43,837 nt of DNA from a virus (taxonomy: Duplodnaviria > Caudoviricetes). The stretch covers positions 1-43,837 of IMG/VR virus record IMGVR_UViG_3300048856_000062; one strand, 5' to 3'. The translations under genes and the position numbers were made by a program. The notes below the pieces were generated by a model. That model did no database searches. It saw nothing but the letters and a program-made list of their open reading frames with translations, and was not told the DNA's origin. This document shows positions 8,129-17,027 of the stretch, in pieces. The stretch's first letter is position 1, and each line of letters starts with the position of its first letter.

Positions 8129-8892
8129 GCTTCGCAGACCTCTACGAAGACGGCTTCCCTCACGGCACGAAGGAAGGCTTCGAGCGCGGATGCCGCGGGG
8201 GCGCCTGCCCGAACAAGTTCGAGGAGGGTGCGACGATCTGCCGCGACGCGGCGATGCGGTACGCCCGCGACTACGCCTACCGCCGCGCGATCGACAACGG
8301 CGAGACCCCGCCGCCTGAGTTCCCGGATGCTGTGCCGAAGAAGAAGACCACGAAGGCCTCGCCGAACGCGGAGGAGCGGGTGTGGGCCGAGCCGGTCGTG
8401 ACCGTAGCGGACACCATCGCCGAGCCCGCGCCCGAGCAGCCCGCAGGCTCGACCGCTCTGGCGTTCCCGCGCGGCAAGCGCGGCCCGGCCGTCTTCCACG
8501 GCACGAAGGGGGGCTACCAGAAGGGCTGCCGCGTCGACCACCAGTGCCCCTCGTTCCTCGGAGGTGGCAAGTCGTGCCGACTCGCGGCCATGGAGTATCA
8601 GCGCGACCGTCGCGCTGCGATCTCCGCGAAAGCCGAGAGGCCCGCCCCGCGCCCGGCAACGTTCGCAGACAAGGTCGAGGAGATCGTCGCTAAGCCCGAG
8701 GTCGAGGCTGCGGAGGTCGCCCCGGCAAAGGAGTCAGAGCCCGACGCGCAGCCTCCGGTCGCCGAGATGCCGGCCGAGGTCTTGCTCTCCGCGCTCACCT
8801 CCGACCCGGCGGTGGAGTGCTCCGTGACCATGATGCCAAGCGGCGGCCTCGTCGTCGTCATCCGGATCCCCGCGTCAGTGGTTGCGGCATGA
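8125..8892 (+). CDS. Hypothetical protein with two HGT-x3-(F/Y)-x2-GCR-xn-CP-xn-CR repeats
   Basis: HGTKEGFERGCRGGACP and HGTKGGYQKGCRVDHQCP. Confidence 0.7.
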   Translation: MSFADLYEDGFPHGTKEGFERGCRGGACPNKFEEGATICRDAAMRYARDYAYRRAIDNGETPPPEFPDAVPKKKTTKASPNAEERVWAEPVVTVADTIAEPAPEQPAGSTALAFPRGKRGPAVFHGTKGGYQKGCRVDHQCPSFLGGGKSCRLAAMEYQRDRRAAISAKAERPAPRPATFADKVEEIVAKPEVEAAEVAPAKESEPDAQPPVAEMPAEVLLSALTSDPAVECSVTMMPSGGLVVVIRIPASVVAA

Positions 8893-8906
8893 GCAGGCGA
8901 CCACAA

Positions 8907-9155
8907 TCAGTCGATGTTGTCCCTCGCGGCGTCGATGCGATCCTGCCACTCGGTGAAGACGTCCGGATCGCCCTTGAGTCGAAGGATCTCCGCCTCAAGA
9001 TCCATGTAGCCGGACACGAAGACGGCGAAGACTCTCGCGATCGTGGTCGGGTCCTGGGTCTCGAGTGCCACCTTCAGATTCTCGATCAGATCCTCGGTGT
9101 GGACGGCTCCGCGCGGAGTGATGATGCTGTCGAGGGCATTCGCTTCGTCGGACAT
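8907..9155 (-). CDS. Antisense accessory gene, 82 aa, probably leaderless
   Basis: Starts MSDEANALDSII. TACCAT -10 lies 6 nt before the ATG. Confidence 0.65.
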   Translation of the reverse strand: MSDEANALDSIITPRGAVHTEDLIENLKVALETQDPTTIARVFAVFVSGYMDLEAEILRLKGDPDVFTEWQDRIDAARDNID

Positions 9156-9211
9156 GGGCTCATGGTATCGACGCATGTCCAGGCGACGCACCCCCACTTC
9201 GGGGAGGCAGC

Positions 9212-9709
9212 ATGACTCAGCTCGCGTTCGACTTCGATATCGACCCCGAGTGGGTGCCGATTCTGAAGCCCACTCGGTTGTCGCTCGAGACGCTGATCGA
9301 TCCCACCGATCGCTGCCGTGACTGCGGCATCAAGTGCGCGTTCAATCAAGGTGGAGCGGGCGGCGGCGCCATGTACACGGTGTGTGACGATTGCGCGAAA
9401 ATCGACGCCTGCCGCCTCGTCTGCTGCAGCCCGGTCGCTGAGCGCCGGCCTTCCAAGATCGGCCTCACGCGCGATGAAGGGGCGCATTGCTCCTGCGGTT
9501 GGTGGATTTTCGCCGAGCGATGGAGCGAAGACGACGCGCTCTCCCGCGAACCTCTCACCCCCGACGAGCTCACCGATCTCATGGCCGAGCACGCTGAGCC
9601 TCGTCACGTCAGCCATTGGGGCGAGTCGCACCCCGTGGCGATGCACGAGGCTCTCGTGGCCAAGCGCGCTCGGCGACGGGCGGCCTACACGAAGCGGGCA
9701 GCAGCATGA
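9212..9709 (+). CDS. Cys/His-rich hypothetical protein
   Basis: GGGGAGG RBS; starts MTQLAFDFD; CxxC motifs. Confidence 0.65.
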   Translation: MTQLAFDFDIDPEWVPILKPTRLSLETLIDPTDRCRDCGIKCAFNQGGAGGGAMYTVCDDCAKIDACRLVCCSPVAERRPSKIGLTRDEGAHCSCGWWIFAERWSEDDALSREPLTPDELTDLMAEHAEPRHVSHWGESHPVAMHEALVAKRARRRAAYTKRAAA

Positions 9710-10131
9710 CCGCGCCGACGACTCCTGTGCGTCTCAGCGTGTACGGCCGTGATCTCTTCCGCTGCATCTCCTGCGGCCGCCGGGACGCGCTCGAGTTCCA
9801 GCACCGCCGCCGCGCCGGCATGGGAGGAACGAAGCTGCCCGTCGACGTCGCGGACGGGCTGGCGTCGTGCTCGACGTGCAACCCGGCCTACGAGCACGAG
9901 CTGCAGACGCGGGCGCTGTTCTCCGGGTGGAAGGTGCGCTCGTGGGTGAAGCAGCCTGAGCTCGTCCCGGTGTACTACGTGCCCGAGCTGTCGTGGTGGC
10001 GGCTCACGGTGACGGGGGAGCGGTACGAGCTGTCGCCGGCGAAGGTGCCCGCGTTCATGGCTGAGGTCTACGGCGAGGAGTGGGCGGCGTGGGCGGCCGA
10101 GCTGCGAGAGGAACCGGTGCCGTCGTGGTGA
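9706..10131 (+). CDS. HNH-like endonuclease
   Basis: RDLFRCISCG...QHRRRAGMGG...LASCSTCN. Confidence 0.7.
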   Translation: MTAPTTPVRLSVYGRDLFRCISCGRRDALEFQHRRRAGMGGTKLPVDVADGLASCSTCNPAYEHELQTRALFSGWKVRSWVKQPELVPVYYVPELSWWRLTVTGERYELSPAKVPAFMAEVYGEEWAAWAAELREEPVPSW

Positions 10132-10265
10132 GCGTCGACAAGGGTGCGCTGCTCGCCTGGCTGGGTGCTCGTGCGCAGACGGAGGGGCCCGTGCCCGGGG
10201 CCATCTATGACGGGCTGATCGCGCGAGTGAAGCGCGGAGATTTCGATGAAGAGGAAGTGGACTGA
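10128..10265 (+). CDS. Small hypothetical protein
   Basis: GTGA-coupled 45-aa ORF filling the gap before the initiator gene. Confidence 0.55.
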   Translation: MSVDKGALLAWLGARAQTEGPVPGAIYDGLIARVKRGDFDEEEVD

Positions 10266-11035
10266 TGGCTTACCAGGCAACGCATTGGGCGTGGGAGTTG
10301 GACTTGCCGACGACGCAGAAGTTCGTGCTCGTGGCGCTCTCTGACATGGCAGACGAGACGTTCTCGTGCTTCCCGGGCCAGGAGCGCCTCGCCACGATGA
10401 TCGGGGCCTCGGTGGCCACGGTGCGTCGGGCGCTCGCGACGCTCGAGGAGCACGGGCTGATCTCGCGCACGCAGCGGAGACGGGAGGACGGCTACCGGAC
10501 CTCGGACCGGTTCAAGCTGCACGTCGGAAGGTCACCTCGCAAATTGAGCGGTGACATTCTCACCGCTCAACAGGAGGCACCTCACCGCTCATCTGCGCTC
10601 GATCTCACCGCTCACAGTGGAGGGGTAATCACCAGTAAGAACAACCAGATAGAACCACCAGTTAACGCGGCGGTCGAAGTAGTCGCTGAGACGGTCGAAT
10701 TCGATGCGTTCTGGGCGGTGTATCCGAGGAAGGTCGGGAAGGCCGCGGCGCACGCGAAGTGGAAGCAGCTCGCGAAGACGGGAACGGATCTGCGCGGGGT
10801 GCTCGCGGCGGCCGGCCGATACGCGGGCGACCCGAACTTGCCGGAGAAGAAGTTCATTCCGCATCCGCTGACGTGGCTGAACCAGGGCCGCTGGGATGAC
10901 GAGCCCGAGCCCGTCCGCGGCGGGTCGGAGCGGCAGCAGGCATCGCTGTCGCTGGTCGAGCGACTGCAGAGAGAGGAGGCGAGCCGTGCTGAAGTCGGAA
11001 GTGGCCAAGGTGCTGATCTACGTGCAATCGGCTGA
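10265..11035 (+). CDS. Replication initiator (N-terminal winged HTH)
   Basis: KFVLVALSDMAD...CFPGQERLA...TVRRAL; C-terminal FDAFWAVYPRKVGK; internal iterons. Confidence 0.85.
   Translation: MAYQATHWAWELDLPTTQKFVLVALSDMADETFSCFPGQERLATMIGASVATVRRALATLEEHGLISRTQRRREDGYRTSDRFKLHVGRSPRKLSGDILTAQQEAPHRSSALDLTAHSGGVITSKNNQIEPPVNAAVEVVAETVEFDAFWAVYPRKVGKAAAHAKWKQLAKTGTDLRGVLAAAGRYAGDPNLPEKKFIPHPLTWLNQGRWDDEPEPVRGGSERQQASLSLVERLQREEASRAEVGSGQGADLRAIG
10544..10666. promoter_or_regulatory. Putative phage replication origin
   Basis: CTCACCGCTCA at 10559, 10581 and 10604, an inverted TTGAGCGGTGA at 10544-10554, then an A-rich tract. Confidence 0.7.
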
Positions 11036-11348
11036 GCGCCGCTCGGCGCCGGACGAGCTCTGGGTGGAGGTGTGGTCGGAGACGATCGGGCACCTCGCCT
11101 ACGAGGAAGCCATAGCTGCCGTGCGCGCCCACTACGCCGCGTCCACGCGGTCGATCATGCCCGCCGACATCGTCGCACTCGCCGAGACCCTGTCGGGCCG
11201 CGAGGTGCCCGTCGACGCCGCGCTCGAGCAGGAAGCAGACCGGCTGGGGATCACCGCGTCGGAGTACCTCGAGCGGGTCGACTCCGATCCGTCGTACATC
11301 GTCGCGCTCGAGCGGCGCGCCCGCGAGAAGGAGGCCCTCGATGTCTGA
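10986..11348 (+). CDS. Putative helicase loader/inhibitor (G39P-like)
   Basis: VWSETIG...EEAIAAVRAHY...IMPADI pattern; lies between the initiator and helicase genes. Confidence 0.6.
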   Translation: MLKSEVAKVLIYVQSAERRSAPDELWVEVWSETIGHLAYEEAIAAVRAHYAASTRSIMPADIVALAETLSGREVPVDAALEQEADRLGITASEYLERVDSDPSYIVALERRAREKEALDV

Positions 11349-12654
11349 CCGTGAGCGGCCGCACGACGACGTCGCTGAGCAGTCCGTGCTCGGCGCCATG
11401 ATGCTCTCGCCGACAGCGGTGTGGGACGTCCTCGACGTCGTGGAGGCGCGCGACTTCTACCAGCCGCGCAACGAGATCGTCTTCGAAGCCATCATGTCGC
11501 TCTCGGCCTCCGACGAGCCGATCGACCCCATCACGGTGTCGGACGCGCTCGCGCGCCGCGGCGAGCTGTCGAAGGTCGGCGTCACCTACCCGCACGAGGT
11601 CGTCACCGCGACGCCCACCGCGGCGAACGCGGCCTACTACGCCCACATCGTGCACGACAAGGCGATCCGCCGCCGCATGCTCGTCGCGGGCGAGCGCATC
11701 CTCGAGGCCGGCTACTCCGAGACAGGGGAGGCCGACGCGCTCGTCGAGCAGGCCCGCGCCGAGGTCGACGGCGTCATCGGGGCAGAAAAGTCGGAGACGG
11801 TGCGGATCGGTGCCGCGTTCAACGAGGTCGTCGACGAGCTCTCCACCACCCCGGACGTCATCGAGACGCCCTGGCCGGAGATCAACAAGATCATCGTCGG
11901 CCTCCGCCCGGGCCGCCTCGTCGTCATCGGCGCCCGCCCTGGCGAGGGCAAGACCATGGTGGCCGCGCAGCTCGCGCTCGCCTGCTGCAGCCGCGGCCCG
12001 GTGGCGTACTCGTCGCTCGAGATGACCCGCGGCGAGCTCCTGCGCCGCCTGATGTCCTCGCAGGCCAACGTGCACATGGGCTCGCTCGAGCGGTCGTTCC
12101 TGTCCACCGAGGAGTGGGAGCGGGTCGCGGAGATCCGCCCCACCCTCGACGCCCTGCCCCTGTTCGTCGACGATCGGTCGGAGGTCACGATCACCCAGAT
12201 CCGTGCTCACGCCCGCTCGGTGTCAAGGAAGGGGAAGCTCGGCGCGATTGTCGTCGACTACCTGCAGCTCGTGTCGGGCGCCGGCGACGACGAGCGCTAC
12301 AAGATCGTCTCCGAGGTCTCGCGGCAACTGAAGATCATGGCGAAGCAGTTCGACTGCCCCGTGATCGCCCTATCGCAGCTGAAGCGAGCCCCACAGATGC
12401 AGGGGAAGGTGCGGAAGCCACCCACCCTCGAAGACCTCCGCGAGTCGGGGAACATCGAGCAGGACGCCGACCTCGTGATCCTGCTGCAGCGCGGCCAGAG
12501 CGAAGACGGCCACCCCGACAACCGACTGCGGATGCACGCCGCGAAGCACCGCCAGGGCCGCCAGGGGTACGCGCACCTCTGGTGGGAGGGCGCCTATGCA
12601 CGCGTCTCGTCGTGGCGCAACCACGGGCAGACCGAACTGCCCATCCCGGATTGA
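11341..12654 (+). CDS. dnaB: DnaB-like replicative helicase
   Basis: AEQSVLG, Walker A GARPGEGKT, SLEM, VVDYLQL, LRESGNIEQDAD. Confidence 0.95.
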   Translation: MSDRERPHDDVAEQSVLGAMMLSPTAVWDVLDVVEARDFYQPRNEIVFEAIMSLSASDEPIDPITVSDALARRGELSKVGVTYPHEVVTATPTAANAAYYAHIVHDKAIRRRMLVAGERILEAGYSETGEADALVEQARAEVDGVIGAEKSETVRIGAAFNEVVDELSTTPDVIETPWPEINKIIVGLRPGRLVVIGARPGEGKTMVAAQLALACCSRGPVAYSSLEMTRGELLRRLMSSQANVHMGSLERSFLSTEEWERVAEIRPTLDALPLFVDDRSEVTITQIRAHARSVSRKGKLGAIVVDYLQLVSGAGDDERYKIVSEVSRQLKIMAKQFDCPVIALSQLKRAPQMQGKVRKPPTLEDLRESGNIEQDADLVILLQRGQSEDGHPDNRLRMHAAKHRQGRQGYAHLWWEGAYARVSSWRNHGQTELPIPD

Positions 12655-12665
12655 AGGAGAGAGCC

Positions 12666-12908
12666 ATGAGCGAAGGACCGATCAAGCGCGAGCGGGATGC
12701 CCGCACGACGCCCACGACCAGCAACACGGGCAGCAGCGACGTGCACGCACGAGGAGCGACCGGCAAGGCGTACTGCGGCCGACGCGCCACCACCGCGGCC
12801 GCGTGGCCGGCAGTGACTTGCTCCGACTGCCTCGCCGCCCGCCGGGCCGACGAGTTCGACCAGCAGATGAGGGCCCGCGGTCTGCGGGTCGAAGGAAGGA
12901 AGCGCTGA
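12666..12908 (+). CDS. Small putative Zn-binding protein
   Basis: AAGGAG RBS; H...CG...VTCSDC. Confidence 0.6.
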   Translation: MSEGPIKRERDARTTPTTSNTGSSDVHARGATGKAYCGRRATTAAAWPAVTCSDCLAARRADEFDQQMRARGLRVEGRKR

Positions 12909-13357
12909 TGCCGACCCTGAACTACACAACTCGCGTCTCGGTCGATGTGACCGTGGGCGAGATCTCGAAGATCCTCGCGCGCAACGGCGTCGCGACGGTG
13001 GTCACGCGCTACGACGAGGATGGCCGCCCAGACGGACTCGGCTTCTCGCTGCGCACCCCGCACGGCGACCGCCAATTCATGCTCGATGTGAAGACCGCCG
13101 GGGTGCAGCGCCTTCTCGCGAAGGTCCCGAAGGAGAAGCAGCGGCCCTACATGAAGACCCTCGACCACGCATCCGCTGTCGGCTGGCGCGTGGTGAAGGA
13201 CTGGGTCGAGGCCCAGCTCGCCCTCGTCGAGGCCGAGATCGCTTCGCTCGATCAGGTGATGCTGCCATACGCGATCGCCCGCCCTGACGGCGCGACCCTC
13301 TACGAGGTGTATCGCGAGCGTGAGCTCGGCGCCATCGAAGTGATGGGGGAGCGGTAG
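12908..13357 (+). CDS. Phage hypothetical protein
   Basis: MPTLNYTTRV...GWRVVKDWVEAQLALVE; TGATG coupling. Confidence 0.75.
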   Translation: MPTLNYTTRVSVDVTVGEISKILARNGVATVVTRYDEDGRPDGLGFSLRTPHGDRQFMLDVKTAGVQRLLAKVPKEKQRPYMKTLDHASAVGWRVVKDWVEAQLALVEAEIASLDQVMLPYAIARPDGATLYEVYRERELGAIEVMGER

Positions 13358-13359
13358 CC

Positions 13360-13623
13360 ATGCCCGTCATCGCGAAGATGGAGGTCGATCACAACCCTGA
13401 CGTCGACTATCACCTGTGGGTGCTGCTCCCGGGCTGGAAGGGCGCGCCCGTCACTGTGACGAGGGACAGTCTCGCCCGCAAGACCAAGCACGCGTGGAGG
13501 GCCTGGCTGGTGCTCATCTGCAACAACAGCGAGTGCCCTGGGCGATGCATCGTGAACGCCGGCGTCATCGAGGCCATGGCGGAGACAGCGGTCCCTGTGC
13601 CCGCCCGGAAGGAGATCGAATGA
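13360..13623 (+). CDS. Phage hypothetical protein
   Basis: GGGGGAG RBS; CNNSECPG motif. Confidence 0.65.
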   Translation: MPVIAKMEVDHNPDVDYHLWVLLPGWKGAPVTVTRDSLARKTKHAWRAWLVLICNNSECPGRCIVNAGVIEAMAETAVPVPARKEIE

Positions 13624-14576
13624 CCATCACCCAGCAGGACTACGTCGCGCAGTTCATCCGCGACGGGATGCCCGAAGACACCGCTGAGATCCTCGCGGCC
13701 GAGATCGCATCCGGGGCCCTCGTGCCCGGCGCGCCCGGAGACGTCGACGAGCAGGAGCAGGAGCAGATCAGGGTCACAGTGGCCGCGATCGTCGCGCCGC
13801 CGTCGTGCCGTCGCTCGGGCCTCTTCGGGTGCCACCTCGGCGCCAGCCACGACGGGGACTGCCTCGAGCTGTGCGCCATCCACCCGTTCACCTCGACAAC
13901 CGCCGACGACGAGGCCTGCGAGCTCGTCCCTGTGCCGGCACGGTACGGGCACCTCTGCGGCCCCTGCTACGGGCGCATCCGCCACCAGCTGCGCCAGACC
14001 CCGCAGCTGATCTCCCACATCCGCTCGCTCGTCGCACCGTCGATCGAGTCGGCCAGGGGCCCGCGCGTCTCAGGCACCCCTGACCGGCGTCTCCCGATCC
14101 GCGAGCAGGCCGTGGAGGACGCCGACGACCTGTTCTCGATGCTGGTCAACACCATGATCAAGCTCGCGGCCGACATCGACTCGTTGCCCCCGTACGCGGC
14201 CCTCCCGTACCGCGGTGAGGAGGCGGGCGCGGCCGGACTGCCCCCGTTCGCGCTCGAGCAGCGCGCCGCCCACGCCGCCGTCGAGAACCTCGTCCAGTGG
14301 CACGAGAAGCGCGAGCTCCGCATCGTCACCCTGCTGCGCCCGGACCTGCTACGCGCCTGGCACGACGACCTCGCCGACTACGTGAGCACCCTCTACGGCC
14401 GCTACCCCGAAGCGCCGCGGAAGCTCCGCCAGGCGAAGCCGCGCCTCTGCCCGGTCTGCGAGGAGCTCGAGGTGCGCGCCGTGTTCCTCGCGGCCGGCGC
14501 CGAGGTGCGCTGCACACACTGCGGGTGGACCGCAGACCAGACCGAGACCGAGAAGTACGTCGACTGGACGGAATAA
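13620..14576 (+). CDS. Zn-ribbon protein, likely the N-terminal part of a split regulator
   Basis: LCGPC and C-terminal CPVC...CTHC; AAGGAG RBS. Confidence 0.75.
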   Translation: MTITQQDYVAQFIRDGMPEDTAEILAAEIASGALVPGAPGDVDEQEQEQIRVTVAAIVAPPSCRRSGLFGCHLGASHDGDCLELCAIHPFTSTTADDEACELVPVPARYGHLCGPCYGRIRHQLRQTPQLISHIRSLVAPSIESARGPRVSGTPDRRLPIREQAVEDADDLFSMLVNTMIKLAADIDSLPPYAALPYRGEEAGAAGLPPFALEQRAAHAAVENLVQWHEKRELRIVTLLRPDLLRAWHDDLADYVSTLYGRYPEAPRKLRQAKPRLCPVCEELEVRAVFLAAGAEVRCTHCGWTADQTETEKYVDWTE

Positions 14577-14602
14577 TGCTGGATCTCTGCCAAAATCTCA
14601 GC

Positions 14603-15289
14603 ATGATCCTGCGCTCCGGTGAAGCTTTCCCGCCCGACTGGTCCATGTTTGTCCCGGAGTTGATCGTGGCAATTGTCACAGGCCTTGCGATCGGCTTCGC
14701 CCTCTGGAAAGTGCAGGTCGCTGGGGAGAGGCGAGTGGAGCGAAAGCAGATCTCAATCCGCTGGGATGTGCTGAAACCAGCACTTCTAGGAGCGCTTCGC
14801 ACGCACCATCGCGGTGTGACGAGAGACTCCTTCAGGACGTCGGGCGAAGCGCTCAGAACCGTGATGAAGCCTTTTGATCAGGTGCCGTTTGGCGAATGGG
14901 CCGAGACGGTGCCCGACGAGCGATTTTCATTGGTTCAGGATCTGCAGAGGATTTCGCACGAGCTGCTCCACGAGGGCGACGACCTCGAACGTTCGCTCCG
15001 AGGGGCAGCCATGATGGCGGGAATGAGCCCAGATGGAACTGGCTCCCTCGCCTTCGGATATCTACGAGAGCTGAGCACCGGGACCGAGCCCGAGCACCTC
15101 ATCCGCTTGGGTGAAATCGGAAAGCATGCCGCCGGCTTCGCCGAAGCGACGTGGGAAAAAATCCCTCATCGAGACAACCTTCGCGCGCAGGGAATCCAAT
15201 ACGAGGCGATGTTGAAAAGCAGCGTGGACTTGAACGCCAAGATCGTGGCCGCGTTCTCGGCAGAGCCCGCATCTCGCAGACGGAAATGA
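14603..15289 (+). CDS. Accessory gene with N-terminal TM (alternative start 14576)
   Basis: TM segment ELIVAIVTGLAIGFALW; more A/T-ending codons than neighbours; TGc-CAAAAT-N6-ATG. Confidence 0.7.
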   Translation: MILRSGEAFPPDWSMFVPELIVAIVTGLAIGFALWKVQVAGERRVERKQISIRWDVLKPALLGALRTHHRGVTRDSFRTSGEALRTVMKPFDQVPFGEWAETVPDERFSLVQDLQRISHELLHEGDDLERSLRGAAMMAGMSPDGTGSLAFGYLRELSTGTEPEHLIRLGEIGKHAAGFAEATWEKIPHRDNLRAQGIQYEAMLKSSVDLNAKIVAAFSAEPASRRRK

Positions 15290-15537
15290 TGGATGACCGC
15301 GAGCTCTACGACATCCGGAACGCGTCGCGCCGGGTGCATCGCTCGCGCTGGACGATCTATCACTGGATGCGCCACGGCATGCCCTTCACCACGATCGGAG
15401 GCCGCCGCTACATCGCCCACGACGACCTCCTCCGCATGCTGCGAGGCCGGCTCACCGCCGCGAAGGAACACGCTCGGCGCCACGATCAGCGCGGCAGATT
15501 CACCCCCACGCAAGAAAATTCTGCGAAGACGGTTTGA
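15286..15537 (+). CDS. HTH DNA-binding protein
   Basis: YDIRNASRRVHRSRWTIYHWMRHGMP...GRRYI, MerR/Xis-type pattern. Confidence 0.75.
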   Translation: MMDDRELYDIRNASRRVHRSRWTIYHWMRHGMPFTTIGGRRYIAHDDLLRMLRGRLTAAKEHARRHDQRGRFTPTQENSAKTV

Positions 15538-15699
15538 CACGCACCACATCACACACATTTACTGCAAAGTACGCACTTCTGCACCCGCCGCCCAGAGCCC
15601 CGCTCGCGGCGGGTGTCGTGCATCCAGAACCCGCCACCGACTCTCTGCGGTGGCGATACAGGGCTGACAACCTGGCGCGTGGGGCGCGAACTCGTCAAC

Positions 15700-15738
15700 G
15701 GCCGGCCACGCACGGGAGCGCATCCTGCGTGGCCGGCC
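15700..15738. terminator. Strong hairpin at the end of the convergent HNH gene
   Basis: 13-bp stem GGCCGGCCACGCA/TGCGTGGCCGGCC. Confidence 0.5.
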
Positions 15739-15742
15739 CCAC

Positions 15743-16267
15743 TCAGAGGATCGTCGTCGCCGACATGAAATCTCGAACGAGCTGCTGTCCGCTCGCCGTG
15801 AGCTGGTATCGCACGTTCTGAGCGATAGGGGCATTACCCATGAACACGCCGCCTCGGCTCCGCTCTTCCACCAAGTGACCGTCACGAAGCAAATAGAACA
15901 AGTCGAGCGGGCGCCCGTTGGGAATGTCGATGTAGTCCGCGCCTGAGGTGCCGAAGTACTCGAGCATTCTTCGCTCGAACTCTCCATATCGACTGTTGAT
16001 CACGCCGAGGTTGGACTTGTACACGCGAATCGACTGGATCGGAATCTCGCCCCGATCGAACCGAGTGTGATCGACCGCGCACAGAACGATCATGTTCTCG
16101 AAGCTATGTGCTTGCACGACCGACCATGGCTCAATGTGCGCCATCTCCAGCGCCGAGGTGCCCTTGCATGTCGGAACAGCACACCGGTACCCGGCCTCCT
16201 CGTAGAGCTGTCGTTTGAGCGCTGTGGGAACGGCAGGACGAGGTGTGGAGCCAGTCGCGTTCGTCAT
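15743..16267 (-). CDS. Accessory HNH nuclease with C-terminal extension
   Basis: RCAVPTC...AHIEPW...ENMIVLCAVDHTRFD; TAGGAT-N6-ATG. Confidence 0.82.
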   Translation of the reverse strand: MTNATGSTPRPAVPTALKRQLYEEAGYRCAVPTCKGTSALEMAHIEPWSVVQAHSFENMIVLCAVDHTRFDRGEIPIQSIRVYKSNLGVINSRYGEFERRMLEYFGTSGADYIDIPNGRPLDLFYLLRDGHLVEERSRGGVFMGNAPIAQNVRYQLTASGQQLVRDFMSATTIL

Positions 16268-16350
16268 GCCCGGATCCTATCCACTCGCCCGTCCTGGCGT
16301 GCCCCCGCCCAGCTCGCCTGACCCTCGGCACGGCGGCCGGAGCGACAAAC

Positions 16351-17004
16351 TTACTCCCACTCGGAAGCGGGTTTGGTGACTGCACTCAATGAGGCCGTCT
16401 GCTCTCGCAGCTGTGAGTCAGTCACCTTGCCCACCCTCCACAGGCGGACGTTACCGAGGAGATCTCGCGCCCACATGTGGAGCGGTGCCTGTGCATCGAC
16501 TAGCTCCTGCACTGTGGTCTGATCAAGGTTCTTAATCAGGTCCACTCTTCGCTGACACTCCCAACCGATACCTAGCGCGTAGGCCCGCTCCGCGTCAAAC
16601 CAGGCTGCGACAACGTCGGGCTCCTCGAGGCGCTCCACAACCATGAGCATGGAGTTGCGCAACCGTTCGAGCGCCGGGCCAATCGGGGAAGACGATAGCT
16701 CGACACTCATAAAGCCCGAGAGAGCTTGGAGCAGATCATCCGTCGCCTGCTCTATTAGGGTTTGAAATCGCTTGCTGGCTTCGAGGTTCGCGGTCTCAAG
16801 AGCACTTGCAGTCCGATCTGCAGCGACAGCTGACGCCTCCGAGGCTGCGAGTGCGCGTGCAGCTTGGCTACGAGCCTCACCAGCATGAGCCTCAGCGTCC
16901 GCGCGAGCACGAACCGCGATCCGGGCCTGCACCCAGGCCGACGTCGCGGCGATTCCGGTGAAGACGAGCGCTGCCAGCGAGATCCCGACCGGTAGCCATT
17001 CCAT
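16351..17004 (-). CDS. Accessory membrane-anchored coiled-coil protein
   Basis: TM segment MEWLPVGISLAALVFTGIAATSAW, Ala-rich helix; TATGCT-N6-ATG. Confidence 0.72.
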   Translation of the reverse strand: MEWLPVGISLAALVFTGIAATSAWVQARIAVRARADAEAHAGEARSQAARALAASEASAVAADRTASALETANLEASKRFQTLIEQATDDLLQALSGFMSVELSSSPIGPALERLRNSMLMVVERLEEPDVVAAWFDAERAYALGIGWECQRRVDLIKNLDQTTVQELVDAQAPLHMWARDLLGNVRLWRVGKVTDSQLREQTASLSAVTKPASEWE

Positions 17005-17027
17005 GGCCGAAGCATAGCGAGCAAGCG

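Noticed and set aside
14297-14575. Upstream extension of the 14297-15289 ORF
   Set aside because: It overlaps the Zn-ribbon gene out of frame; the real start is 14576 or 14603.
14985-14996. TCGAACGTTCG as a LexA box
   Set aside because: Lacks the 4-nt spacer of the actinobacterial TCGAAC-N4-GTTCGA site and lies within a CDS.
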